The notes below the pieces were generated by a model that saw nothing but the letters and a program-made list of their open reading frames with translations, was not told where the DNA came from and ran no database searches. The translations under genes and the position numbers were made by a program. A stretch of 64,000 nt of DNA from the NCBI GenBank assembly GCA_043228905.1, contig JBHGNT010000012.1:18352001-18416000 (forward strand), read 5' to 3'. Numbering within the stretch: position 1 is the stretch's first letter; the number at the start of each line of letters is the position of its first letter. Source of the DNA: Azolla caroliniana. Its lineage: Eukaryota > Plantae > Polypodiophyta. Below, in pieces: positions 1 through 14,049 of this stretch.

Positions 1-3000
1 GCGACATTGTCGGTTGTGGATATTTTCTCTAGACCGATTTTCCCTGAAATGACGCAGTCCCGAACGAAGTGATATCGAACGTCGATATGTTTGGAGGCGT
101 TGTGGTGAACCGGATTTCTCGACAAGGCAACAGCACCTTGACTGTCGCTATAGACAACTGGAGCCGAGTCATGGTCGACTTGCCGAAACGTGTGCGCCAG
201 CCGGCCGAGCCACAAAGCTTCTTTTGCAGCGTCGGACGCAGCTACATATTCTGCTTCGGTCGTTGAGGTCGCTGTGCACTCCTGAAGTTTCGACTTCCAC
301 GAAATTGCTCCATTGCCGAATTTGAAGCAGTATCCGGTTGTTGATTTCCGACTGTCTATACAGCCGGCGAAGTCCGAGTCGGTGTAACCGACTACGCCTG
401 AGGTTGAGTTCGGACCGAAAAGAATGCCGTGGTCTTTTGTGCCAGCCAGATATTTGAACACATGCTTGACTGCGTTCCAATGCGATCGGCCAGGATTGTG
501 CATAAATCTGCTAACGACTCCTACGGCATGAGAAATATCAGGCCGTGTCGCGACCATCAGGTACATAAGGGAGCCGACTGCCGGTGCATACGGTACCGAC
601 TTCATATCTTCCCCCTCCGGACCGGATGTCGGGCAGTCTCGCTGAGAGAGCCGAAGATTCATGGGGAGCGGGGTTGAAGCAGATTTGGCTGATTTCATGG
701 TGAAGCGTTCCAAGACACGTCCGATATAGTCGGTCTATGACAAAAAAAGATGTCATTTATCGCGATGCCGACTAATCTTCATGCCAAGGATGTGTCGTGC
801 CGGACCGAGGTCCTTCATGGCAAACTTCAACCGCAGTTGCCGAATGAGATCGGCAAGTTCGCCCGCGTGGCGTCCAGAAATTAGCATGTCGTCCACGTAA
901 ATGATGAGGAGGATGGGTGATCCATCTTGAGCTGTGTTGGTGAAAAGACAATGGTCCTCGTCGCTTTTGGAGAAGCCGATCGATTGGATGAAGTCGTCGA
1001 ACTTCTTGTACCATTGTCGCGGTGCCTGTTTGAGGCCGTATAGACTCTTCCTGAGTCGGTAGACTAGATGTTCTTGGCCAGTTGCCACGAAGCCTTTTGG
1101 CTGCTCCATATAAATTTCCTCTTCAAGATCACCATGGAGGAAGGTTGTTTTGACATCTAGCTGAATCAGCTCCAAGTTGTCGGTTGCCACCACGCCGAGT
1201 AGAAAACGAAGGGTTGTCATTTTCACCACTGGTGAAAAAATCTCGTCGAAGTCGACACCGTATTCTTGTCGGAAGCCCTTCACAACTAATCTGGCCTTGT
1301 ACTTTGGGGTGGTCGAATCAGACGTCTCTTTTAGTCGATAAACCCACTTGCAAGGAAGAGCACGTCGATTCTTAGGTAGTTCGACCAGATCCCAAGTCTT
1401 GTTTGCCCGAATGGAGTGCATTTCCGACTCCATCGCCAGATGCCAGGTGGCTGAATCGACAGATGTCGATGCTTCTTCGTAAGACGTCGATTCGCCGGCG
1501 TCGGTGAAGAAAATTCCAGGAGAATACCTCTCCGGAGGTTGCGACAGTCGCTCGGATCGTCGAGGTATGATTGGACTGGTCGCATCGGGTATCGAGGTCG
1601 GATGGTCCGAAAGCGGATTATTCTGTTGTGCCGAGTCAGAGTTGTCCGAGTCGGTGGTGTAAGGTTCAGCTACCCGTGAAGCTGACCGTGTGTTAAGAGC
1701 GGGGCCTTCTTGAAGGGTCGGCACATCGGAAAATGTTACCCTTCGGACTTCGATCAGTTTTTCGACTGATGGATTCATAGCCGACTCGTTGAACACAACG
1801 TCCGAACTTCGAACGATTTGTCTGCGTTCGGGGTCCCAGAGTCGGTATCCCATTTCGTCGTCTGATCCATATCCAAGGAAAATGCATTTCCTGGACCGAG
1901 GTGCAAGTTTTCGGCGATCATCTTTCGGAATAAGGGCGTACGCCTCGCATCCGAAGATCCTCAGCTTGTCGTAATTCGGCTTACTGCCGATCCATAGTTC
2001 CTGAGGAATTTGAAGTCCTAGAGGTCTGCTTGGCGACATATTGATTATGTGTACTGCTGTGAGTAGAGCCTCTGCCCAGAAGCCATCCGACAGTCCGGAG
2101 TGTTGGAGCATGGAAACTATCCGTTCTTGGATTGTCCGATTCATGCGTTTTGCAATCCCGTTTTGCTCCGGACTGTGTGGTGCCGTAAATTCACGTCGGA
2201 TGCCGCGTTGTCGGCAGAATTTGACGAATTCTTCTGATTTGAACTCTCCCCCATTGTCGGTCCGAAAGCATTTCAGTTTTCGGTCAGTTTGATTTTCTAC
2301 CATAGCGAGCCAATCGGAGAAGATCGAGAAGACACGATCTTTGGTGCGAATTGGATAAGCCCACACCTTTCGAGTCGAATCGTCAATAAAACTGACGAAG
2401 TAAGAGGCACCGCCAAGAGACTGATGCGGCATTGGGCCACAGACGTCCGAGTGGACTAAATCGAGAGGTCTCGTTTCTCTTGGTGCTTATGTCGGGTGTG
2501 ATGCGGCTGCTTGTTTGCCATACTGGCAATGTTCGCAGAATTGATGGTCCGAGAAGGAGATTTTAGGGATGTATCCGGCTCTAGATAGGTGCGTAATGCC
2601 GGCCTTGCTGAGGTGTCCTAATCTTCTGTGCCATAGTGATGACACAGGAATATCCACCAAAAACAGGTTACCCTCTCTGAGCGTAACATGTAACGGATAC
2701 AGTGAGTGTATCTTGGGTCCTCTAGCAAGCAGGAGGTTCCCCCTGTGGAGTGTCCACCCTCCCGAAGAAAAACCGGCATGAATGCCGTCTTCATCTAGTT
2801 GTCCGACTGAGATCAATGGCCTTGAGAGCTCGGGTACATGTCGGACATTGTGAAGTACAAGTGTAGAGCCACCTGCAAGGTTGAGCTCTACTGTGCCGAT
2901 TCCAATGATGTCACAGTGTTGCGAGTTGCCGACTCGAACTGAGTCGGAGTGACGGATCGTATATTGCCGAAATTGGGATCGATGAGGAGTCACGTGAAAT

Positions 3001-3950
3001 GACGCGCCTGAATCTAAGAGCCATGTGCTCAATTCTTCAGTCGTGAGCAGAACTTCTGATCCGACTGGATTTTCGATTGATAGTATATTCGGGTCGTTTG
3101 GTAGCACATCAGCTGAGAAGCTGACGTAATTGATCTCCTCATGCCGGCCACTCTTCTTGTCTGATTTCTGAGACTTGTCGTTCTTGTTCTTGAGTGTGCG
3201 GCAGTCAGCTTTGATGTGTCCGGGTTTCTTGCAATAGTTGCAGATTCGATTATCCCGTGACTGGCTCCGTCTTCGCTGATTGTTCGGCTGCCGTGAGGAA
3301 TCTCTTCCTCGTATGTTCGATCGTTCTGTCGAACCTTGTACTACATAAGCGTCGTCTGTTGAGTCTTTGGCGAAAGACTTTCTCCGAGCTGCTTCGGTCA
3401 GGATTGCGCTCGTGACTTCGGAGTATTTAACAGCCGTGGTTGACGCGTTGCACACGGTTGTGACGAAAGTTTCCCATGATGAGGGAAGGCTGCTCATGAG
3501 TATCATTGCTCTGAGTTCATCCTCGATTGCCGTCCCCTGAGATGAGATTTGGGAGCTTATGCTTTCGTACTCATTGAGATGTGCTTGAACCGAATCTGAT
3601 TCTTTCATCCGCAAGTTGTAGAGGCGCCGGATCAGAAACATCTTTGTTGCAGCGACCTTCTTTTCGTAAGTGTCCGACAGTGTTTTCCACAGTTCGAATG
3701 CTGTCGTACACGATTGCACCGTAAAGTATACCGATTCCGATAGGTGCATCCGAATCGTGGCGCGGACGATTCTGTCCAGCTTCTGCCACTCAATTGGTTT
3801 GTATCCTTCTGGAGGTTCTTCATTTTCGATGGGATCGATTTGCCCCTTGACTATGAGATAGTCCTGCATTTGCTCCTTCCAGAAGTTGAAGTTCGATCCA
3901 TCGAACTTTCGTAGACTCATTTCTGACGAGCCGGATGTTGATGCCATCAA
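1..3950 (-). pseudogene. copia gag-pol polyprotein, one frame with three premature stops
   Basis: ORFs 2487-3950 and 753-2432 share a frame, separated by TAA at 2487-2489 (reads HPT*APRETRPLDLVHSDVCGPM). Further stops are TGA 753-755 and TAG 735-737 (DK*HLFLS*TDYIG). The RT/RNase H frame then continues to the window edge. Confidence 0.92.
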
Positions 3951-4630
3951 ATTTGGTTTTGGTTGACGAAGCTCGGTTCGGAGTTGACTACGAACCTTGT
4001 TGGAGTGCAGCCGGTTGGCTCACCCGATATCGTTCTAGTCGGATTTGAACCCGAGTCGGTTCGGCTTCGGATATATGTATTGTTGAACTTGCTCGAATTG
4101 ACTCCGGTAACTTGAGGGACAGAACCGACTGGTCTTCCCGAATGTTGCCGAGTCGGAGTGAGCCCGGTTCGCTTCCGAATATATATGCCAAATACCGATT
4201 ATTGAAACCGATTGTCTGGACTGATTCTGCTTCGGGTGACTGCAGCGACGAGAGAGACGGATCCAACTGATCCTCCCGAATGTCGATCAGCCGGATGAAG
4301 CACGAATTTGGGTTGTTGTCTTGAGACCGATCTGCACCGAGTGGTTACAATGAGCGGCGAGCAGCGTTTGATGACCTCTTCGGATGCCGTTTAACCGAGT
4401 GGAGCACGATCGTGTCAATGTTGCACAAGGGGATTTCACCTCGAGCGGTTACGATCACAAGGAACAGAGTACAACCGGTTGGCTTACTCCAAGCGAAGAT
4501 GATCTAACGCGATGAGATGCAAGCCTCGTTTTTCTTCTTCTTCTCTCTTCTTCGAATGATGCAAGAAACCGAATGCTGTGCAGGCTGAGACGACGGCCGA
4601 CAGCGGGTTGAAGGACCGAGTACTGTGCAG

Positions 4631-4642
4631 GCTCTGATACCA
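4631..4642 (-). promoter_or_regulatory. Primer binding site complementary to tRNA-iMet 3' end
   Basis: Plus GCTCTGATACCA = minus TGGTATCAGAGC, the canonical plant PBS, directly after LTR ...CA. Confidence 0.93.
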
Positions 4643-4644
4643 GA

Positions 4645-4909
4645 TGTTGAAGACAAGGCCGTCAATGCGGAAGATCTGATAGCATTCGATTGGGGTTGAA
4701 TACCTGCGTATGACAGAATCGAAGATCGTGCACAGCGACAGAGATAGAGAGAGAGAGAGAGAGGAGGCACAAAGAGTCTTTCTATTCAATAGAAACAATA
4801 ATACAACCCAACCTTACAAAAAGGTTACAAGGTCACTATATATAGTGACCGACTTAGGGCAACTACCATTTATGCTAATTACACAAATGGCCCAAACTTG
4901 ATCTATACA
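4645..4909 (-). repeat. 5' LTR of the copia element (~265 bp)
   Basis: Minus strand begins TGTATAG (4909) and ends TCAACA (4645), 2 nt before the PBS. Contains a TATATA palindrome and a (CT)n tract. The outer boundary is inferred from the junction with LINE sequence. Confidence 0.78.
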
Positions 4910-6800
4910 AAGGGATAGTGTGAATACGTCCATTATACACTTGTATTCGACAGGGAGCACTCACCATTTAGACATCCAGTCATTTCCAAGGATGGAACGT
5001 TGGTCCAAATCCAAGAGTGGAGTTTGTGGGCTATCTGGTGAGCTTCAATAGTCCCTTCCTGCTTCTCATAGAAATAGAAGAAGCTTGGAGTTAATTGGGC
5101 GTCTATGATAGTCCGCAGGTGGATGTGGTAGAGATGAGGTTCCTCTTCATCCATGGTGCACCAGAATTCTGTGTTATTCCAATGCTTCTTTAGTTCGTTC
5201 ATGAGGGCTTCATCTCTTATTTTTGTGACAAAACAGGTTGCTTGACTACATAGGGTATCTTTGATCTTGGACTTGGACCAGTTCTCTTGTGCCGGAAGCA
5301 AGAGTGGAAAAGAAATTGAGGTCGTCGGTACTCCATTCTTGTGTACCACTGATACATGTACCCTTATTTTGTCCATTGTCGTATGCCCTATACCTAGCCA
5401 TTTTAGGGCATTTTGCGGGTGTGGTTCAAGGTCCTAGCTAGATGTATCACACCCATTTGTGGCTGGGAAGGCTATGATCTGAGGCATGATATTCAAACTA
5501 CTGCCTTGGTTTGTTGTTTCTCCATTGGGTGCAATTCTGTTAAAGCTCCGCATTAGGGTCTTAACATGACTTATCCTTCGCCGCTTCCCTGTTTTGTAAG
5601 CTTTAACGAGGATTTTCTCTTGTGTGTTTGGAGTCACCTTGGGGCTTTCCTTGGGGCTTAAGCAAGCACTAGGGGAGTGTTCATTTGTGGGGGGGAGCTC
5701 TTGTAGTAGATCAAAATGATTGGGGCTCACTGGCGATGAAGGATTTTGTGACTGTGGAGTTTTACGTAGGACATGGGATTTCCCCACCACTCGCCATTCC
5801 ATCATAGCCTTATAGGGTGTGGTGGGGGAGGCTTCTGATTTCCTATGGTGTCCCAACCTTCCAAGGTCTCCATGGTGGGATCCTTAATGCGTATCGTGGA
5901 TCTTGGAAGGAAGTTTGTTGATGTCATGCACCAAGAGGTGGATAGAGGGAGGGCCTAGGTGTTTCTTTAGCATGTCTACTAGCGTTAGTTCCTCGTCCAC
6001 CATCATACCCAAGGAGTTTCCAATAGTAGGAAGTAACATGTTGTATTCTAAGGATAATCCCAGAAACAACATGGTTACCTTTTTCATGGAATCATTGTGT
6101 TTCGTTGCCTTCTTTGGGTTAAAACCATGTGTCCATTTACACATGAATAACCATGTTTTTTGGACCTGACATGGAGACATGGTTATGAGGTTTGATGCGG
6201 AATCCTGGTCCTTTATAATGATTTGATAGAAACCTTTACAAAGCAATTGAACTTCTTTTATTCCACCTACTTGTGAATGAAATTTGCCTTGCAACATATC
6301 TCGCAATAGTCCTTTATTTGGCCGTGATCCCACCACACGGCATATGACCGCTATGCGCTCAAGTCGATCTATCTCCTGCTCAAGTAGAAGCATTTCTTCG
6401 CCATTGAAGCTAATCTCAACAGGACACCCGTTATTTGGATTGTTTTGATCTGGCATTTGCTCTTTATCGATCGAGGGGCTTGTTTGAGATACGTGTTCGG
6501 TAGGGCCGATGTATGGTGTTTCCCTGATTGATGGGATTTTCCAAAGTTGTGTTGGGGGTAGGGGGGGGTCTCTCACTCTTTTTTCCCTTTTTTTTCTCTT
6601 TCTTTCTTCTTGTTTTTTTTGGGGTTTTTTTTTTCCTTTTTTCTTATGTATTTATTTATTATTATTTGTTTTTTTAATGGGGGTAACAATCAAAATTTGG
6701 GGGGGGCAGGCAGGGGGGGTGGGGGGTCCACTCGTCGAACTGGGGTCCACTCGTCGAATGGTGATTGGAGGGTCCGCTCTGCTTCAGCTCCTGCTCCGCT
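4910..6800 (-). mobile_element. L1-type LINE 5' part: ORF1 (DUF4283-like) with two internal stops, plus first codons of ORF2
   Basis: ORFs 5884-6576, 5434-5856 and 4933-5376 share one frame. RIAVICRVVGSRPNKGLLRDML...GFYQI...WLFMCKWTHGFNP resembles plant LINE ORF1 DUF4283. The stop overlaps ATG (TAATG) opening MDVFTLSL, similar to an APE endonuclease start. Confidence 0.72.
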
Positions 6801-6934
6801 CCTATGTTTAAACAACCAGCTTTGGAGTGTTTGGTCAATTGTAATAGCAATTGCTATAATTTTGCTGCTAGATGATACAATTCGTTAATAATTTAAGGAG
6901 TAGAACATTGAGGTGTTTTAGAAGGTTTCCAATA

Positions 6935-7107
6935 CAACCCTTTCAAAGTCATCTAATTGCTTTTGTTAGTTTTCACGCACAAGAAATAATCAATGCTCTA
7001 GCATTTCAATGACTCCACACAACCCTTTCAAGGTCATCTAATTGCTTTTGTTAGTTTTCAAGCACAAGAAATAATCAATGCTCTAGCATTTCAATGACTC
7101 CATACAA
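6935..7107. repeat. Tandem duplication, 85-bp unit x2
   Basis: ACAACCCTTTCAA.GTCATCTAATTGC...CAATGACTCCA present twice head-to-tail. Confidence 0.9.
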
Positions 7108-10100
7108 TAAGACGTCCTTCAAGTTGTGCCCTTTAAACATAATAGTACAATCTTAAAACAAAAGTGAAATAAAAACATTAAAAATTAAAAAGAAACCTTA
7201 TGTACATCGAAAATTTATTAGTATTTGGTGGTCCAACAAAAAAAATAACTAGACTGTCTTGCATTGGAAAACAATTATATATTTTATTCTCTTTCAAAAC
7301 ACAAAGGTTTGTTTTTTTCAAAAAGGTTTGGTCTTGTGCAAACGTGTGCAATGGGTTTCGAACCACATATTCTAAAGTCGTTGAAATCAAAATATCCATA
7401 CAAGCACCGTGAAAGAAATCCTCGACATACTAGAATCAAGAAGAAGAGCTTAATTAAATGGTTGAACTCCTATGATAGCATTGTATTAGTCGTCGACTAC
7501 GGAGATTTCGAATTTCCTATCCATATCAATAGTGATGGATCCTTGGAACGGTCAATTTTTTCTCATAAGGAAACCATTAAAATGCGCAAAAGGCAGTACA
7601 ATGTAAGAGAATGAATTTATTGGGTGAAGAGTAACCTAAAAAATTTCTTTGATTTACTAGGGCAATGTCTTTTTGGCAAGAGATAGTATTATAACGAAAA
7701 AACACATGTGAGCATTTACGGAAGAAACTTGTTTAGGTCTCATAATTTTTTATAAGAATAGATATAAATATGTGTATATATTAAGAAAATAGAAACATAA
7801 ATAGAGTTGGCAATTGCAACATAGATATAAATCTATCAAAGGGTGTCAATGCATCTTGACAAAGAACATTATGTGCAAGGAGTCATTGTTGTGAGATAGC
7901 TTCAGTAGCGCATATGTTGTGGGTAGAAAACAATAAGTTTATTCAATTTCTATCGAACATCAACTAGCGAGGCATCTTCCCCTAAGTTATTCAATGTATG
8001 TCAAGCATCAGCTCATAGGGCATCTTGCCCTAAGTTATTTAGTGGTGCAATTGAATTTGACCATAAGGATTAGACTTCATGTCTGGTGCATGCACGACAT
8101 CGACTATGACCACAAGTAGTGTGTCTGTGTCTGTGTGTGTATAATTCTGTGTTTTATTTTCTAGGGGGGTTATCTTGAATTTGTCCATTGAATGAAGCTC
8201 CTCTCCAGGGAAGAAATAAAATAAAATTTAATCCATAATTTTCTCAAAAACAAGGGTTGTATCAATGCAGAAGTGAGGTCTCGCCTTTCCTTCTCACCCA
8301 AAATAATTAAATATTTTCTCAAAGCAATTTTCCTCCCCGAAGGGGGCAAACAAACACGAGCACTTCTCAAAAGGTTTATATTTATGTAATTATTACATTT
8401 TTTCCAATTTATTTGTTTTTGCTATATTTATTCTTATATTTCTTAAGAATATATTTCTTTACTATTTTGCTTTTGCTTTTGTTTTTAGAAAATTTTAATT
8501 CAATGGTGGACTAGGCTTGTGGGTTGCTAGGATATGGCACTATCAAATGTGCACAGTGGGTTGAATCATCACACGAGTGCATAATTTCCAACAAACATAT
8601 GAAAGGGTTAGTGCTACTATTGAATGAATTTCATTTTGCCCAGAGAGGCAGTGCTACATAAGGAAAACCTCTTTCTAATTCTCCCTCATACAACCTAGGA
8701 GTGTACATGGGTAAGCGATATTTCTTAGTTGAGGAGGCGAGCTTCCATAAGAGAGCTTTAGGGTATGTTAGTCCGCTTCAATTTGTAAGTTGCGAACTCA
8801 CTAATTTGTATTTTGACTAAAAGCTTTGCATTTTCACTTCTTTATTTATTTGTAACTTGAGGATTGATGCCATGAGATATAAATATCTATGTTAGATCGC
8901 AAACCATGGCCCCACACAAAACATAAAACCTTGAGACAAAAACACATGGATCTATAATGAATTGTAGAACTAAAATTTAAAAGCTTTTACCTTCCACATA
9001 CTTTGTTTGCCTTTAAGGAAATAAAAAATATCCTCAAGAAAAAAGAAGTACGCAACTTGATCACAAATTTATTCTTTTAGTGGTTTTGGACACCCAAACC
9101 ATGCGTGATGCCAACAATTATTCGTAATCATTATTATTGCACCTCACATGAGTGTTGACTTGTTGTAATAGTATATATTCATGACCTCGATATGGATTGC
9201 ATCCAAAATGAAGAAACGTCAAATTCAACATAGTATGTTCTACTTGAACATATTGTGTATTTGGTGTGGATATGTGTTTGGCCAAATATGGGCCATAATC
9301 GGCACCATGTACGAAAATGTCTTTAAGAAATTGTACAAATATATGTGTGAAAAAGGTAAAGTATACAAAGTGATCAATGAATGACCAAATGCCTAACTAC
9401 CGAGTTTAACTCTACCAATTCTCTTAGGAGGGTTGATTCTCTACTTCCTACTACAAGAAAATGGAGCTACAACGGCCTACATTTATGTAGAAACATTTCT
9501 TGTAATGTATTTAACTATGTTATAATGTCTAATCGAATGTTGAGTCATTTTGTACTTGAACGCTTATAGCTAATGGATAATTCCGCTCATTCCTAAATTC
9601 AAACAGTCCTTGTGCGTTTGTGGAGCATGGATTTGCAAATCCAAAATTTCAAGATAAAAGCACAAGCGATTAGTTGACTATAAATTCATTGATCATATGT
9701 TCGTGGTCATGAAATGAATCTAGTTATGGAAAGCGCGTTCTAATATTAGGTTTGTAATTATTAGCAAAAGTTTTATCGGTACTACAATTATTTGTCGTGA
9801 CTGATCCCATTTATATCATAAAGGCAATGGTTTCGCATTGTTCTTGTCAACATATTACTTTTCTAAAGTGCATGATTATAAATGCCTTTTCTTTGTCGCC
9901 ATGACACCATTTTATGTGTTTGAAACATTTGAGGCTACATTGCATTTTTAATGAAAGCACTAACCAAAAATCACTATAAAGAGATCACATTTTTGTTTCA
10001 CTCTTTAAATAGATCCATCTTCTTTGCATGAAAAGGTGTGTATATTGTACAATAGTTGTTATTTCCAACAAATATTCGACCAACTTTCCAATCAATTTTG

Positions 10101-10489
10101 TTGTTGCGCTTTTAAATTTCACTTTTTGGTAGTTAACTTAATCACAATCGCAGTAGTAATAATAAGCAAACATTATAATTATTTGAAGATGTCGAGAGCT
10201 AACATAATTATTATTCTATCAAGTGAATTGTACATAGCAAAATGTATGAACTGAATCACAACACACCAATCAATTTGCAGAATCCGATGAAACCAAATCT
10301 TCGAGTTGAATTTAAATAGCATCGAGGCTTTTTAACCTTTCAATTGGCAATGTAAACTACTTGCTTTGTATAAATCGCTAAGTCTTGAACTTCTTCAGAG
10401 AAGCTTCTATAGACCTACTTCGACACTTGGGTAAGTATAACGTGATAATTTCAATGTTCTTGGTTATTTAAAAACTTACACTTAACAAT

Positions 10490-10935
10490 CGGCAACGGTT
10501 TGGCTCAGTTCAATTCAAGAGTGTCAAAAACTGAACCATTTAAATAATTTGAAGCTTGAACTGAACTGAAGCACAAAACCATTTTAACCAAAATGTTAGA
10601 AAAAATCCTAACCGTTAAAACTGTGGTTTCCTGGTTTAGTTTTGGTTTTCAAGTTATGTCAATTTTCAATTTTTCAATTTTTCATTATTTCAAAATTTTA
10701 AAGATTTTTCCTAAAATGTGAGAATTAGGCTTAAAATTGAAACAGATGTTTATAAAACTATTTTTAAAAAACAACTAGCAACCCTAAACCATCAAACCGT
10801 TTTAACCGAACCGTTGTTCACCTCCCAAATCGAACCAAATTGAAACCGAACCATTAAAAAAAACTTGAACTTGAACCAAACCGTTAAGCCACAGTTTTGC
10901 AGTTCGGTTCGATTTGGAACCAAATTGTGAAAACA
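10490..10935. mobile_element. Degenerate non-autonomous DNA element (hAT-like MITE) with AACCG/CGGTT subterminal motifs
   Basis: Clusters of AACCG(AACC) and CGGTT in both orientations around an AT-rich core. No clean TIR or TSD recognised. Confidence 0.45.
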
Positions 10936-13339
10936 ATTTATTGTTAGCAATACAAGACATTCATGTTTAATTACTCAAGGCTTAAATAGTTGTGATGCAT
11001 ATGCAAGCACGATATATATTTGAAAAGCTTTCCATATACTAAAGCACCTGAATTCATGAATGATTGCTCGATTTTTTACAACAGAATGGTGAGGTGACAT
11101 AAGTCAACAATATAGTAGAATAACCACATTCTCTCGATCTCCTTGAGCAAAACAATATCCATTATATCCTTGAGTTCAAGTTGAGTTTGTACTCTAGGTT
11201 AATTTTATTTTTTTCCTGAAAAATATCCTTTCATTAGTTATGAACAATTATTACAATAAAAACTGACCTACCATCAAGCTATCATTGATCTGGTGCATTC
11301 TTCCTTAGGTCCCATCCCTCAAGGATAAATAGTATGAACACTCCACCACTCCTTAACCAAGTTATGTGATTGGTGGTGGGAACAACCATACTGGTGGTGC
11401 TAAGCACCATTTAGGTCTTGAATTTTGTACTGTGAGGAAAGGGGCCTTCTTCCAATAGGCAATAAATTCAAGACGTTGCAACACTGCAACATCTATCTCA
11501 CCTTTAATATCCTCATACCGCCCTTTCAAGGTATGTACCATCTCCATCCAGACATTCCGTACTCTAGCTTAATTATGGAGAATGGATGATTTTAAATTAT
11601 GTTTTCCATCATTTAAACATGAAACTGAATGTTTTAAAGTTTGCATTCACATTTAGATATGTTTTTTGAGTCAAATAAATATTACATGAATTTGAAATGA
11701 TGACGTCACCCATTTGCAAATTGCTTGAGATACTAAAGTCTAGGAAAAGTCTATAGTCACATTCCTTGTAGTTGTAAAGTTGGCTTGTGAAATGCTCATC
11801 AATCACTCTACATATGATAACGTACATCATCACTTTTCAGTGAGTATTTGCTCTTCATAACGTTTTAATTGTCCATTGAATGGATAACATTTAATTGCCA
11901 CACCATTCGATGAAATGTATAACTTATTTACATTGATTTAAATTGTTAAAAGTTACATTTCAAAAAGATGCAATGGTGATAATTCTTCAATGTAAACACA
12001 CTCGAGAGTTTGTGCATAAGATGGTACTACTAGATGTAAAGAACATTTTGGAAATCCATTTACGTCAAAAAGTGACAAATCACTTTTAATCGTCCAATAG
12101 CTTTAATGTGCAAGTATTTATAAGGGACTAGGCTAAGGGATTTTGTCTTTCTCTTGCCATGACCATATCTTGCACATTTAAGACCCATCAAACCTAGCAT
12201 AACAGTGATAGGAAATATGACTAGTGATTTCGATGAGAGCCTTGGAAGTTGTTGATAATGCTACACTACATGCTTTCAAACAAATGCAATATCTTCATCA
12301 CCATATCATTGCCCACATAGAGGACATTTTGGTGGCATTGAAATGTAAACAAATTATAGAGTATGTTTGATAATCCAATGGTTCTTAATGCAAGTTTGAG
12401 TATCTTCCATAAAATCGTGCACATGAGAGGTGGGTCATCTAGGTCCTCACAAGGGGGTGTACATTTGAAATTCAAGATCCACGAATTCCAACATAGTTTG
12501 AATCAGTAGTTTGGGGAGGCAAAAGGGTGTTACTTTTCTTACAAAGATCGTTGATAAAATATTCCTAGACAATAAGTTAAGAGGAAACTCCATTGTTTAT
12601 CCATTATACCCACAAAATGAGGTTGTATAAAAATAACCAACACATGTAGCATTGTTCATGGACATCATTCAAATGTGACAATTCTCAAGCATCTTTTATT
12701 TTACAAGCTTTCTAATACATTTCGAACAATGTTAGGATATCTATCAATCAATATACTCCTTCATTACAATATTGTAGGTGGCTCCCACTCTCAACCAATA
12801 ATTACATAAAAACTATAGTCAAGTTGGTTAGACCCCATGAAAAATCAAAGGCTTGTGTGTTAATCAACGCATGGATATATATCCTTGACTGCGCCATAAG
12901 AACAACCTACCTCAATTTGGGTGGGTTGCTATGGTGCAAAGTAGTCATCCAAGGCCACTACATGCCCTTGAAACATGGAGACATGTGAACTTGAAAATTT
13001 GAGGATAGAAAAGTTTCGTTAAAAAATGGAATCATTCCTCATAAGGGCATTGCACACTTTTGAATAGTGTGTTGATTAAATTCCAAAGTCATCCATCTCT
13101 CTTATGTCATTGCGACACTCAACATTCACTCAAATTCTTGGAAGTTTTTTCTACCCCTTATAAGAACTTTTGTGTCCTCATGTTAGGGAACATAATCTAA
13201 GCAAGGGAATCAAAGAGTAAGGCATTTCATTAGATTCTGGTCACTTGCATTCACAATCATGACAAGAGTTTCTATAACTAGCTTAAGCTAGACAAGTTAA
13301 GAGTTCCAAAAGCATTTCAATCATATTTTGGCCCTAGCA

Positions 13340-13660
13340 CCACCTTTAATTTGAATTCTCGTGTGTGCCCATCTTAAACCACACATCAATCTAAAAGATC
13401 TCAATGGCATTCCATCATATCCTAGCCAAAGCCCAACACACAATGTCTTAATCTTGTTCTTACATGGAAATGGCTAAGAATTGACATCCATTCCAGCATA
13501 TCGTGATTGCACCACTTTGACATACATAAGAGCTCCTACAGTCCTCGTCTTTACATGGGCTTCTCGTGTGGATCCACAAAAGTCAAGAGTCCAACACAAG
13601 GCTCTCATGTTTCTCTTGTAAGAGCAGATATCCGAAATTTCTTTTTTCATGCACATAGCC
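13340..13660 (-). pseudogene. Highly decayed copia RT/RNase H fragment
   Basis: Minus strand VGALMY followed, out of frame, by a WNAI-like stretch, echoing copia VGSLMY...HWNAVK. Confidence 0.3.
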
Positions 13661-13845
13661 TAAAGTCAGGTACATCACGAGTTGGAAATGAAGAAGGGGG
13701 TTTTAGTTCACAACGTTTGGTCCATATATACAAGGGCATCTCTTTGCTTATCGTGAGGAGTTGTTGGGCATCAACACACACTCAATAGATGGTGTGTTGT
13801 CTGTGGGAGTGGAGTCCAAGCAAGGGCAAAAGGTCACGGCTCACA

Positions 13846-14001
13846 AGTTCCAAGAATCTTGCCGAGACCACTAGTGACAGACATAGTGTTCACCCCAAAC
13901 TTCTTCTACTGCGAGAGACCACTACTTACATAAGTTCCGAGAATCTTGCCGAGACCACTGGTGACAGACATAGAGTTCACCCCAAACTTCTTCTACTGCG
14001 G
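13846..14001. repeat. Tandem duplication, ~87-bp unit x2
   Basis: AAGTTCC.AGAATCTTGCCGAGACCACT.GTGACAGACATAG.GTTCACCCCAAACTTCTTCTACTGCG occurs twice. Confidence 0.88.
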
Positions 14002-14049
14002 GAGGCGAGTGAGAGCAGTGAAGGCTGAGAGGTCAAGAGTATGAGGCGT

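Larger units (their letters stand above)
1..4909 (-). mobile_element. Ty1/copia LTR retrotransposon (5' LTR, PBS, gag-pol; 3' end beyond the window start)
   Basis: Minus-strand domain order: gag (CNYCKKPGHIKADC knuckle), protease (WLLDSGAS), GAG-pre-integrase/HHCC, integrase (FIDDSTR, RTDNGGEF, PEQNG), RT (QLDVKTTFLHG, IYVDDML), RNase H (GYTDSDFAG, TEAEYVA, KHIDVRYHFVR). tRNA-iMet PBS and a TG..CA LTR lie upstream. Confidence 0.96.

Noticed and set aside
2487-2489. In-frame TAA in copia gag-pol as programmed readthrough
   Set aside because: It falls inside the integrase region, not at the gag/pol boundary, and two more stops (753, 735) show ordinary mutational decay.
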